Shown here: in pieces, positions 56,294 to 64,000 of the stretch
How positions within the stretch are numbered: the first letter of the stretch is position 1
Layout of the letters: the number at the start of each line of letters is the position of its first letter
NCBI GenBank assembly: GCA_964444135.1
Contig: CAYUFX010000009.1
Location: forward strand, 22,737-86,736
DNA from: an uncultured Pirellulales bacterium
GTDB lineage: Bacteria; Planctomycetota; Phycisphaerae; Sedimentisphaerales; Anaerobacaceae
DNA length: 64,000 nucleotides
Direction of reading: 5' to 3'
Notes under the pieces: generated by a model
Seen by the model: only the letters and a program-made list of their open reading frames with translations
Told to the model about the DNA's origin: nothing
Databases searched by the model: none
Position numbers and translations under genes: made by a program

Positions 56294-57607
56294 ATGAATA
56301 AGAAAAGAGAATTTAATCGGCGTAGTTTTCTGAAAAAAGCGGCCTGTGCGTCTTTAAGCACAGCCGGCTTTCCTTATTTGGTTCAACCTTCTGCTCTGGG
56401 TAAGGCAGGTTCAGTTGCGCCGAGCAATCGGATAGTGATGGGCGCCATTGGTGTAGGTTCACAGGGTTCGGGTAACATGCGTGGATTTTTAGGCAAGAAG
56501 GAAGTTCAAATGGTGGCCGTTTGTGATGTTGACAAGGCTCATCGCGACGGGGCCAAGGAAACCGTGGACAAGCGATACGAAAACAATGATTGCATGACAT
56601 ATTCGGATTTCCGCGAAGTGATTGAGCGTAAGGACATCGATGCATTGTCACTGGCGATGCCAGACCATTGGCATTCGATTCCGGTAGTAACGGCTGCCAG
56701 GGCCGGCAAAGATATGTACGGGGAGAAGCCTTTGGCCAGGACGATCCATGAGGGCCGGGTGATGGCAGATACGGTTCAGCGTTACGGAAGGGTCTGGCAA
56801 ACGGGTAGCTGGCAGCGTTCGGTTCGCGATTTTCGCCATGCCTGCGAATTAGTTCGCAATGGGCGGATTGGCAAAGTGCATAAAGTTGAGGTCGGCCTGC
56901 CGACCGGAGGCAGCACGGGAAATAAGCCGGTAGCACCGGTTCCTGAGGGTCTGGACTGGGACTTTTGGTTAGGGCCGGCCCCCTGGCGGCCTTATATGGG
57001 GTTCGGTCGTAATGGGCCGCATTGGGACTGGCGATGGATTATGGATTACTCCGGAGGGCAGCTAACTGACTGGGCAGGCCATCACATCGATATTGCCCAC
57101 TGGGGCCTTGGGTTGGACTATGCCGGCCCGGTTGAAATAGAGGGCATAGGTCTCTATCCTAAAGACGGCATCTACGATGTGCCAACCGAGTATAAGTTTA
57201 CCTGTAAGTACGCAGACGGTCTGACAATGGTTGTGGCCAATGACCGGCAGCAGCCCATGGGGATGGGAACCGTCTGGTACGGTGAAGACGGCTGGATACA
57301 CGTCAAACGCGGCAAGCTCGAGGCCAGCCCGGAAAGTATCTTAAAGGAAGTTATTGGCCCTGACGAAATCAGGCTGTACAACAGCCGAGACCATCAGCAG
57401 AACTTCTTAGATTGTGTTCGGTCTCGTGAAGAGACTATCACACCTATAGAGATAGCACACCGGTCGATTAGCGTGGGGCTTCTCGGTGAAATTGCAATGC
57501 TCGCTGAGCGAAGGCTAAGGTGGGACCCTGAGAAAGAAATCTTCCTCAACGACGATGAAGCCAACAGGATGCTTTCTCGGCCAATGCGCAGCCCATGGCA
57601 CTTATAA
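56294..57607 (+). CDS. Gfo/Idh/MocA-family oxidoreductase with Tat signal
   Basis: 437 aa. NRRSFLKKAA, GAIGVGSQG, GEKPL, C-terminal MRSPWHL. Closest paralogue is 53508-54848. Confidence 0.85.
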   Translation: MNKKREFNRRSFLKKAACASLSTAGFPYLVQPSALGKAGSVAPSNRIVMGAIGVGSQGSGNMRGFLGKKEVQMVAVCDVDKAHRDGAKETVDKRYENNDCMTYSDFREVIERKDIDALSLAMPDHWHSIPVVTAARAGKDMYGEKPLARTIHEGRVMADTVQRYGRVWQTGSWQRSVRDFRHACELVRNGRIGKVHKVEVGLPTGGSTGNKPVAPVPEGLDWDFWLGPAPWRPYMGFGRNGPHWDWRWIMDYSGGQLTDWAGHHIDIAHWGLGLDYAGPVEIEGIGLYPKDGIYDVPTEYKFTCKYADGLTMVVANDRQQPMGMGTVWYGEDGWIHVKRGKLEASPESILKEVIGPDEIRLYNSRDHQQNFLDCVRSREETITPIEIAHRSISVGLLGEIAMLAERRLRWDPEKEIFLNDDEANRMLSRPMRSPWHL

Positions 57608-57639
57608 AAGTAAAAAATAAAAATAGAAAGGAGCAAAAA

Positions 57640-59274
57640 ATGATTCGAAAGTTAAAAGATACCAAAATTTTACTGCCTGCTATCTTGTGTTCATTGCTTC
57701 TGGTGAGCACTTTGCAGGCCCAGTCGCCGGCGAAGCTGCGGGAGGTAACAGCCGAAGAAGTGCAAAAGATAGAAAAAGCAATGCCAAGAAGAGCGACCGT
57801 TAGAGTCACCAGCCCGCGGAAACTGCTGGTATTCTGGCGGTGTGAAGGATTTTTCCACACGTCGATCCCAGTGGTCAACAAAGCGCTCGAGATTATGGGC
57901 CAAAAGACCGGGGCGTTCGATGTAGTAACCACCGACGATTATTCGGTGTTCACAAGCGAGAATCTCAAGCAGTTTGACGCGGTGTGCCTGAACAATACGA
58001 CCGGCCTGAAGTTCAATCCCAAAGAGAACCCGGAGCGGTGCAAGGCCCTGATGGATTTTGTGAAAAACGGAAAAGGGATAGTAGGCGTCCACGCGGCCAC
58101 AGATAATTTTAACCAATGGCCGGAGGCACAGGAGATGATGGGCGGAAAATTCACCGGCCATCCTTGGACAAGCGGCGGGACCTGGGCGATTAAGATTGAC
58201 CAGCCCGACCATCCGCTTATGAAGGCCTTTAAAGGTAAGGGATTTAAGATAAATGATGAGATATATCGAACCGACCCGCCACTGTATTCACGAGATAAGC
58301 AGCTTGTTCTTATGAGTCTGGATATGAGCGACCCGACCACCCGTAACGTCAAAGGATTCAAACCAACTGATAATGATACCGGTACCAGTTGGGTCAAGAC
58401 CTGGGGAGAGGGCCGGATATTTTACTGCTCGCTGGGACATAACGACCACATTTTCTGGAATCCGGCGATATTACAGTATTATCTCGATGGTATTCAGTTT
58501 GCATTTGGCGACTATAAAGTTGATACAGAACCGAAACCTATCGTTAGTTCAGGAAAGGGAATAGAAATGGCAACGTTACAGGAACTACTTGAAAAGGTAA
58601 AGACGTACGATTGGGGCCAGAGCCGATTGGCGCTGACTGAAGTGAGCGAGAACATAAAAAAGGCACACAGCTCGCCCGCGGAGCTGAAAAAGATTGAGAA
58701 AAGTCTGCTGGATGTGCTCACCTCCGATTCAACGCGGGCCGGCAAGCAGTTTGTCTGCAGGGAATTGAGTATTATCGGCACCGAACAGTCCGTGCCGGAA
58801 CTGGCTAAAATGCTGACCGATGAAGAAACCTCGGATATGGCAAGGTATGCTCTGGAGCGGATACCCGGTACGGCAGTCAACGACGCATTGCGAAGGGCTT
58901 TGAGGAAGGCCCAAGGCAAACCACAGGTCGGCATAATCAACTCATTGGGCCAGCGCCGTGACGGAAGAGCGGTCCGTGCTCTGGGCAGACTTATTGACAA
59001 CTCAGACCAAACAGTAGCTGTCGCCGCTGCTGCCGCCCTTGGCCAGATAGCTGATTCCAGGGCTACCGAAGTGCTCTCAGCGGCAAAGGACAAAACAAGC
59101 GGCAAATTGCAAATGGTGGTTCTGGATTCTTATTTGAGGTGCGCCGACCAGCTTGTGGCCGAGGGCGATAAGCCCAAGGCTTTAGCTATCTACAAAGAGC
59201 TCCAGAAAGAGGGCAATCCGGCGCCGATACGTACTGCTGCACTGAAAGGCATGATAAGCGCGACGAAAAAGTAA
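57640..59274 (+). CDS. Secreted ThuA-domain protein fused to C-terminal HEAT repeats
   Basis: I prefer ATG 57640 (SD AAAGGAG 7 nt upstream; MIRKLKDTKILLPAILCSLLLVSTLQAQ signal) over the track start 57595. ThuA-like VGVHAATDNF...GGKFTGHPW, then HEAT-like repeats. Confidence 0.7.
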   Translation: MIRKLKDTKILLPAILCSLLLVSTLQAQSPAKLREVTAEEVQKIEKAMPRRATVRVTSPRKLLVFWRCEGFFHTSIPVVNKALEIMGQKTGAFDVVTTDDYSVFTSENLKQFDAVCLNNTTGLKFNPKENPERCKALMDFVKNGKGIVGVHAATDNFNQWPEAQEMMGGKFTGHPWTSGGTWAIKIDQPDHPLMKAFKGKGFKINDEIYRTDPPLYSRDKQLVLMSLDMSDPTTRNVKGFKPTDNDTGTSWVKTWGEGRIFYCSLGHNDHIFWNPAILQYYLDGIQFAFGDYKVDTEPKPIVSSGKGIEMATLQELLEKVKTYDWGQSRLALTEVSENIKKAHSSPAELKKIEKSLLDVLTSDSTRAGKQFVCRELSIIGTEQSVPELAKMLTDEETSDMARYALERIPGTAVNDALRRALRKAQGKPQVGIINSLGQRRDGRAVRALGRLIDNSDQTVAVAAAAALGQIADSRATEVLSAAKDKTSGKLQMVVLDSYLRCADQLVAEGDKPKALAIYKELQKEGNPAPIRTAALKGMISATKK

Positions 59275-59282
59275 AGATAAAA

Positions 59283-60728
59283 ATGAAAATCAAGTGCACA
59301 AGTCAGAAGACAGAAGTCAGAAGACAGAAGTCAGGAGACAGAAGCAATCGCTGCGGTAGAATTGTTGGATATGTCCTCTGTCCTCTGCTATCTGTTCTCT
59401 GTGCTGTTTGCCTCGGGGCAGCAGAACAGCAGGACGATGCCATCGGGATAGTCCTCGACATTCTTAAGAGCGGCGACCAGGAGATGCAGGCCGTGGCCAT
59501 CGCGATGGTAAAGGAAATGCCGGGGACAGAAATAACAAAAGCTTTGGCCAAAGAGCTGCCGAACCTTTCGGCTACCAGTCAGGTGCAACTGTTGTCCGCT
59601 CTGGGCGACCGCGGGGACGCCGCTGCCTTGCCGGCGGTTATCACTGCTGTGAAGGCCAAGGACGAATCCGTTCGGATTGCGGCTCTCAAGGCAATGGGGC
59701 AATTAGGTGATGCGTCTAGTGTTGGCTTATTGGCACAAACGGCGGCGGCGACCGGAGGCGCCGAACAAAAAGCCGCTCGCGAGAGTTTGTATCGTTTGCG
59801 CGGCCCGAAGGTCGATGAAGCAGTCTTAGCAGCGATTCCAAAGGCAGTGCCAAAAACGAAGGTGGAATTGATTAAGAGCACAGGTGAGCGGAATATATCA
59901 GCAGGTGTAAGCACTTTATTAAAAACCGCAACGGATTCGGACCGTAAAGTTCGAGTCGAATCGTTCAAGGTCTTAAAGGTCATTGCCGGCCAGGAGGATT
60001 TGCCGGCGCTGGTCGAGCTTTTGCTGAATTTGCGAAGCTCATCCGAGGCCAATGAGGCCCAGAAAATGGTAGCCGCTGTTGCCCATAAAATCGAGGACAA
60101 GGACCGTCAGGCCGAGGCGGTGTTGGCTGTGCTGCCTTCGGTTAAAGATGTCAAAAAACAATGCTCTCTGCTGAGCGTATTAGGCAAAATAGGCGACAGC
60201 AGCGCCCTGCCCCCGCTTGTCGAGGCGCTGAACAGCGACAATATTGAGAGCAGGGGTGCCGCCATCCGTGCGCTGGCAGAGTGGCCTACTTCCGAGCCGG
60301 CGATTGAGATGCTCAAGGCAGCGCAGAACTCTCAGGACAGAGCACACCGGATACTGGCACTGCGCGGTTCTATCCGCCTGCTTGGACTTGATACTAAGAG
60401 AACGCCCGAAGAAACGATTGAAATGTATAAGAAAGCAATGACTCTGGCGCCGGATGCGATTGAAAAAAGGAGGGTGCTTTCGGGGCTCGCCAATACCAAA
60501 TCTCTCGGCGCACTGCAAATGTCAGCAGATTATCTCCAGGACAAGACTTTATTCAGAGAAGCGGAATTTGCGGTGGTTAAAATCGCTGAGGGCATCTACG
60601 AAAACTTTCCTCAACAAACCAGGGATGTATTAGAGAAGGTTTTGCAAGCCTCGAAGAATGACCCGCTGCGTCAGCAGGCGCAGGAAGTGATAAATCGAAT
60701 TGAAGGATTGAAGTTAAAAGTGAACTAA
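59283..60728 (+). CDS. HEAT-repeat protein with repeat-encoded N-terminal signal-like segment
   Basis: 481 aa with multiple LxxLGDxxALPAL-type HEAT/PBS-lyase repeats. The N-terminus is derived from the heptamer arrays. Confidence 0.65.
   Translation: MKIKCTSQKTEVRRQKSGDRSNRCGRIVGYVLCPLLSVLCAVCLGAAEQQDDAIGIVLDILKSGDQEMQAVAIAMVKEMPGTEITKALAKELPNLSATSQVQLLSALGDRGDAAALPAVITAVKAKDESVRIAALKAMGQLGDASSVGLLAQTAAATGGAEQKAARESLYRLRGPKVDEAVLAAIPKAVPKTKVELIKSTGERNISAGVSTLLKTATDSDRKVRVESFKVLKVIAGQEDLPALVELLLNLRSSSEANEAQKMVAAVAHKIEDKDRQAEAVLAVLPSVKDVKKQCSLLSVLGKIGDSSALPPLVEALNSDNIESRGAAIRALAEWPTSEPAIEMLKAAQNSQDRAHRILALRGSIRLLGLDTKRTPEETIEMYKKAMTLAPDAIEKRRVLSGLANTKSLGALQMSADYLQDKTLFREAEFAVVKIAEGIYENFPQQTRDVLEKVLQASKNDPLRQQAQEVINRIEGLKLKVN
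59297..59415 (+). repeat. In-register heptamers: 7 purine-rich (CAGAAGW) + 28-nt spacer (4 x 7) + 6 pyrimidine-rich (TCCTCTG-type)
   Basis: CACAAGT CAGAAGA CAGAAGT CAGAAGA CAGAAGT CAGGAGA CAGAAGC | 28 nt | TCCTCTG TCCTCTG CTATCTG TTCTCTG TGCTGTT TGCCTCG. Confidence 0.9.
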
Positions 60729-60826
60729 AGTGCCTAAAGTTTTAAGTGCATAAAGTAAAAAAATAACTTTAGCTCACTTGTGGTACTTTCTAATTTTGGA
60801 GAGCGAATTAAACAGGAGAGAAAGTT

Positions 60827-61933
60827 ATGGTTATACAGGTTAGAAGTAAGACGTCAGATATCAGAGGTCGGAGGTCAGAAGTCAGAAGTCAGCTCTGTCC
60901 TCTGCTCTCTGTCCTCTGTGCTTTGTTGTCTGTGCTGCTGTCCTCTTGTGCGGGGCCATTAGCGGTTGACCCGGTTCTTGAGGCGAGTATGGCGATTGAG
61001 AGTGCCGACGCCGCTATGGGCGACTGGGAAGGAAGCTGGATATTGGATGATGAAAGCGATTCGGGACCATTGGCAGCACAGGTGATAGCTTTGGGTAAAG
61101 GTGAGTATAGAGCTAATTTTCTTGAAAAGTTTGATACTCGCGAGGAACCTATAGCAGTACTTGATGGCGAGCGCGACGGTGAAGTGGTGCGTTTTGAAGG
61201 ACAAGTCGAACTAAGCAACGGCGGCACCCTTGATGTCCAGGCAACTATTGAAGGCGGTAAGCTCAAGGGCAGTTTCAAGGGAGACGAAGCCGGCAGCGTC
61301 ACATTGAACAAGGCAACTCGGGTTTCACCCACATTGGGGGAAAAGCCCCCGGCCGGTGCGATTGTCCTTTTCAACGGCAAAAACTTCAAGCAATGGAAAC
61401 ATACAAACAAGAAACCAGACGCTGATTCTGTGAAATGGGCACTTGGGAAGGGCGGTTCGATGGAAGTCGTAAAGGGTACCGGTTCAATTGTTACCAAAAA
61501 GAAATTTACAGATTTCAAGCTGCACGTGGAATTTCGCACGCCCTTTATGCCCGATGCGCGAGGCCAGGGGCGCGGTAACAGCGGGGTGTATCTGCAGGAA
61601 CGATATGAGGTGCAGGTACTTGACAGCTACGGCCTCGAAGGTGAAGACAACGAATGCGGCGGAATCTATAAGGTCGGGGCTCCTCTCGTAAATATGTGTG
61701 CGCCGCCGACGCAGTGGCAGACTTACGATATTACTTTTTACGCCCCCGGTGCCGACAGGCCAAACGCCCAGGTGACAGTTGTCCACAACGGCGTGACGAT
61801 ACATGACAACATAAGTCTTCCAAAGCCGACCGGCGGTGCACTGGATAGTGACGTGACCAAACCCGGAGGTATATATCTGCAGGACCACGGCAATCCTGTG
61901 CAATACCGTAACATTTGGCTAATTGAATTGTAA
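60827..61933 (+). CDS. DUF1080 (3-keto-disaccharide hydrolase family) lipoprotein
   Basis: 368 aa. Strong SD AGGAGA. Lipobox LLSSC encoded by the pyrimidine array. DFKLHVEFRTP...GNSGVYLQERYEVQVLDSYG...NECGGIY. Confidence 0.8.
   Translation: MVIQVRSKTSDIRGRRSEVRSQLCPLLSVLCALLSVLLSSCAGPLAVDPVLEASMAIESADAAMGDWEGSWILDDESDSGPLAAQVIALGKGEYRANFLEKFDTREEPIAVLDGERDGEVVRFEGQVELSNGGTLDVQATIEGGKLKGSFKGDEAGSVTLNKATRVSPTLGEKPPAGAIVLFNGKNFKQWKHTNKKPDADSVKWALGKGGSMEVVKGTGSIVTKKKFTDFKLHVEFRTPFMPDARGQGRGNSGVYLQERYEVQVLDSYGLEGEDNECGGIYKVGAPLVNMCAPPTQWQTYDITFYAPGADRPNAQVTVVHNGVTIHDNISLPKPTGGALDSDVTKPGGIYLQDHGNPVQYRNIWLIEL
60834..60952 (+). repeat. In-register heptamers: 8 purine-rich (NAGARGT) directly abutting ~8 pyrimidine-rich (GTCCTCT-type)
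   Basis: TACAGGT TAGAAGT AAGACGT CAGATAT CAGAGGT CGGAGGT CAGAAGT CAGAAGT | CAGCTCT GTCCTCT GCTCTCT GTCCTCT GTGCTTT GTTGTCT GTGCTGC TGTCCTC TTGTGCG. Confidence 0.9.
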
Positions 61934-62027
61934 CCGATTGAGCTTGTTATGCGTCGGTTTTAAATATTTATTACCAGCGTGTTTTTAGACAATTTATGAT
62001 GGCGTTTATTTATTAAGGAATACTGAT

Positions 62028-63452
62028 ATGAAAGAACAGAAAAAAACTACCAAACAACAGAGCAGCAAAATATCTCGGCGTGATTTTATGGGCGGTATCG
62101 CGGCGGCAGCGGTATGCTCTATTGGTTTCCCGAGCCTCATCCGGGCCCAGGGACTCAACGAAAAACTCCAGGTGGGATTCATCGCTGCGGGCGGACAGGC
62201 CGGGTCTCATACGGGCCAATCCCACAGAGCGGGCCTTCAGTGCATCGCCTTCGCCGAGGTTGACAAAACCCGCTGGGGCGGTGTCCTCGGCAAAAAAGGC
62301 TGGGAGAATGCCGCCGGCTATCAGGACTGGCGAAAGGTATTCGAGAAGCACGGCAAGGACCTCGATGTCGTTTTCGTGGCGACCCCGGACCACAGCCATT
62401 TTGCCCCGTCGATGACCGCCGTTTCAATGGGCATTCACTGCTACACCGAGAAGCCGCTGACCTGGTCGGTTCGCGAGGCGCAGTTGCTGGCGGCAGCCTA
62501 CGCCAGGAATCCCAAGGTTGTGACCCAGATGGGCAACCAGGGCCACGGCGAGGATGGATGGCGGCGCGCGTACGAACTCGTCAAGGCGGGCGCCGTGGGC
62601 GAGATCAAGGAGTTCCATACCTGGACGAATCGTCCGATCTGGCCGCAGGGCGGAGACCGTCCGGATTACACAAGTCCGGTTCCCGATACTCTCGACTGGG
62701 ACGCCTGGATCGGCCCGGCGCCGATGCGGCCATACGCCGGTCCCAGGGATGGTAAAGGAAACGGTCCCTATCATCCCTTCAACTGGCGGGGCGTGGTCGA
62801 TTTCGGCTCCGGGGCCCTCGGCGACATGGCCTGTCACACAACCGATGGGATCTACGCGATTATGGATCCAGGCTACGCCGCCACGGCCGAGCCGTTCATC
62901 ATGACCGGGCCCGTCAAAGATCAGTGGCCCGCCGGCATGATCGTCAAGAGCACCTACCGCGCCAAGGGCGGACGGCCCGGCTTCAAGACCTTCTGGTACG
63001 AGGGCAACGATGGAGTCGGAAAGCCGCTCATGCCGGATACGCCGGAGGAACTCGAGGTCGATGGACGCGAACTGCCGCGTACCGGAAATCTGATCATCGG
63101 CACCAAGGGCAAGATGCTGGTCATCGGTGACTACTGGAACAGCCCCATGCTGATCCCGGAAGCGAGGCGCAAAGAGTTCGGCAAAGCCAAACAACTGCTC
63201 GAACGCTCTCCCGGACACCACCAGGAGTTCTTTATGGCCTGTAGGGGCGAGAAGCCGCGACAGTTCAGTCAGTCCAACTTCAGCTACTCCGGTCCCATGG
63301 CCGCAAACATCCAGCTCGGCAACCTCTGCGCCCGCGCGGGAAAGAAGCTCGAGCTCAACGAAGCTGGGAAGATCACCAGCGACCCGAAGATCAACGATTT
63401 GGCCTGGCGCGAGCCCCGCAATGGTTGGGGACCGCTGGAGATGAAGGTCTAA
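62028..63452 (+). CDS. Gfo/Idh/MocA-family oxidoreductase with Tat signal (GC-rich paralogue)
   Basis: 474 aa. SRRDFMGGIAAAA, GFIAAGGQ, TEKPL. Visibly higher GC than the upstream genes. Confidence 0.8.
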   Translation: MKEQKKTTKQQSSKISRRDFMGGIAAAAVCSIGFPSLIRAQGLNEKLQVGFIAAGGQAGSHTGQSHRAGLQCIAFAEVDKTRWGGVLGKKGWENAAGYQDWRKVFEKHGKDLDVVFVATPDHSHFAPSMTAVSMGIHCYTEKPLTWSVREAQLLAAAYARNPKVVTQMGNQGHGEDGWRRAYELVKAGAVGEIKEFHTWTNRPIWPQGGDRPDYTSPVPDTLDWDAWIGPAPMRPYAGPRDGKGNGPYHPFNWRGVVDFGSGALGDMACHTTDGIYAIMDPGYAATAEPFIMTGPVKDQWPAGMIVKSTYRAKGGRPGFKTFWYEGNDGVGKPLMPDTPEELEVDGRELPRTGNLIIGTKGKMLVIGDYWNSPMLIPEARRKEFGKAKQLLERSPGHHQEFFMACRGEKPRQFSQSNFSYSGPMAANIQLGNLCARAGKKLELNEAGKITSDPKINDLAWREPRNGWGPLEMKV

Positions 63453-63754
63453 GTGAATCGCGAAACATAGAGCCTTCTCCTATTTATTGGGCTGTTTTAG
63501 GCGAATCCCGGCAATTTCGACCCGGGGTGACCGGCGCCGGCTATACCTTCCCTTGTAGTGGTTTCGGGAACTCATTGCTCGAAAGTATGATGGAGTGCAA
63601 ATGAAACATGTGGCTTCAAACGCTTACCAAATGCGAGGAAGTGGAAAGACTTCCGCAAGATGCTCGATAAGCAGAACGGGCCCTTGAATTTGCTGAGAGT
63701 TTGCCAAACACGCTGTGAAAATAGAAATGGGCTTAATCCAGGAAGAACGCTGTT

Positions 63755-64000
63755 ATGAAAGGCCATAAAGTAACTGCTAAAGGGCGGCAGACGCAATCTG
63801 CGCAAAGGTACCGGGCGACCGACAGAGAGACCGGGCTGTCCCGCCGTGATTTTATCGGCGGCGCAGCGGCAGCGGCGGGGTTCACGATTGTGCCCCGTTC
63901 TGTTCTGGGAGGGGCCCGTTATATTCCGCCGAGCGAGAAGCTCAATATAGCCGGTATCGGCATAGGCGGCCGAGGGGCCGGCGACCTCGACGCCCTTGGC
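63755..64000 (+). CDS. Gfo/Idh/MocA-family oxidoreductase with Tat signal, N-terminal fragment (continues beyond the window)
   Basis: Manual translation from ATG 63755: MKGHKVTAKGRQ...LSRRDFIGGAAAAAGFTIVPRSVLG...LNIAGIGIGGRGAGDL. Not in the ORF track because no stop falls inside the window. Confidence 0.6.
   Translation, partial: MKGHKVTAKGRQTQSAQRYRATDRETGLSRRDFIGGAAAAAGFTIVPRSVLGGARYIPPSEKLNIAGIGIGGRGAGDLDALG

Noticed and set aside
57595-57639. Upstream start (MALIKVKNKNRKEQK) for the ThuA-HEAT gene
   Set aside because: It overlaps the preceding gene's end. ATG 57640 has a good SD (AAAGGAG) and yields a normal signal peptide.
52705-57932. Long minus-strand ORFs (52705-53298, 53998-54432, 54362-54772, 55647-56078, 56313-56936, 57546-57932)
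   Set aside because: All are antisense to the TIM-barrel and Gfo/Idh/MocA genes. Their Arg/Pro/Gly-rich composition is typical of shadow ORFs.
57691-61903. Minus-strand ORFs 57691-58212, 57939-58397, 58512-59105, 59579-60100, 60889-61539 and 61484-61903
   Set aside because: They are antisense to the ThuA-HEAT, HEAT and DUF1080 genes. Those reaching the heptamer cassettes terminate inside the purine arrays, as expected from TGA in every frame of the reverse complement.
62424-63221. 265-aa minus-strand ORF and several + strand out-of-frame ORFs in the GC-rich region
   Set aside because: High GC suppresses stop codons. The in-frame + strand gene has clear Tat-signal and Gfo/Idh/MocA motifs.
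1-64000. Search for tRNA, rRNA, tmRNA and RNase P-like sequences in all spacers
   Set aside because: I saw no cloverleaf-compatible sequences (no GTTCGAATC-type T-arms with matching acceptor stems) and no rRNA-like conserved blocks. A tRNAscan/Infernal run would be needed to be certain.

Overview
This 64-kb chromosomal window is about 50% GC. Its gene content points to a PVC-superphylum bacterium, most plausibly Planctomycetota or Phycisphaerae-like; this is inferred from a fused 1224-aa SecDF, many Tat-signal Gfo/Idh/MocA oxidoreductases, and DUF1080, ThuA, HEAT and GEVED proteins. I found no rRNA, tRNA or CRISPR. Order of content: (1) a regulatory PTS and hibernation cluster (ptsI-ptsH-ptsN-hpf), membrane proteins, hisI, and a large secreted 4-repeat protein. 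(2) Haem genes (hemB, cobA/hemD fusion, ccsBA). (3) Putative glycoside hydrolases, two tandem ECF sigma/anti-sigma modules, and an orphan MEDS histidine kinase. (4) A TetR-TolC-MFP-RND efflux operon and pgl. (5) An AT-rich accessory island (about 33.0-39.9 kb) carrying an uncharacterised two-gene cassette, a gutted IS1380-type element, and a radical-SAM gene inactivated by a MITE plus a frameshift. (6) secDF-yajC-tgt-spoIID and a TPR protein with two RpoA alpha-CTD domains. (7) A 14-kb paralogue-rich cluster of five Tat-exported Gfo/Idh/MocA enzymes, a TIM-barrel isomerase/lyase, two DUF1080 domains, ThuA and HEAT proteins, interpreted as a periplasmic oxidative (3-keto) glycoside pathway. The most unusual signal is not a gene. 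Pervasive in-register heptanucleotide arrays fill intergenic spacers, and in three cases (TolC-family, HEAT, DUF1080 genes) a purine-rich array followed by a pyrimidine-rich array forms the 5' end of the ORF. There it encodes a basic stretch plus a hydrophobic stretch that looks like a complete signal peptide, and the encoded peptide is the same in all three reading frames. Three separate MITE families are also present, one with TWA target duplications and one caught disrupting a gene.
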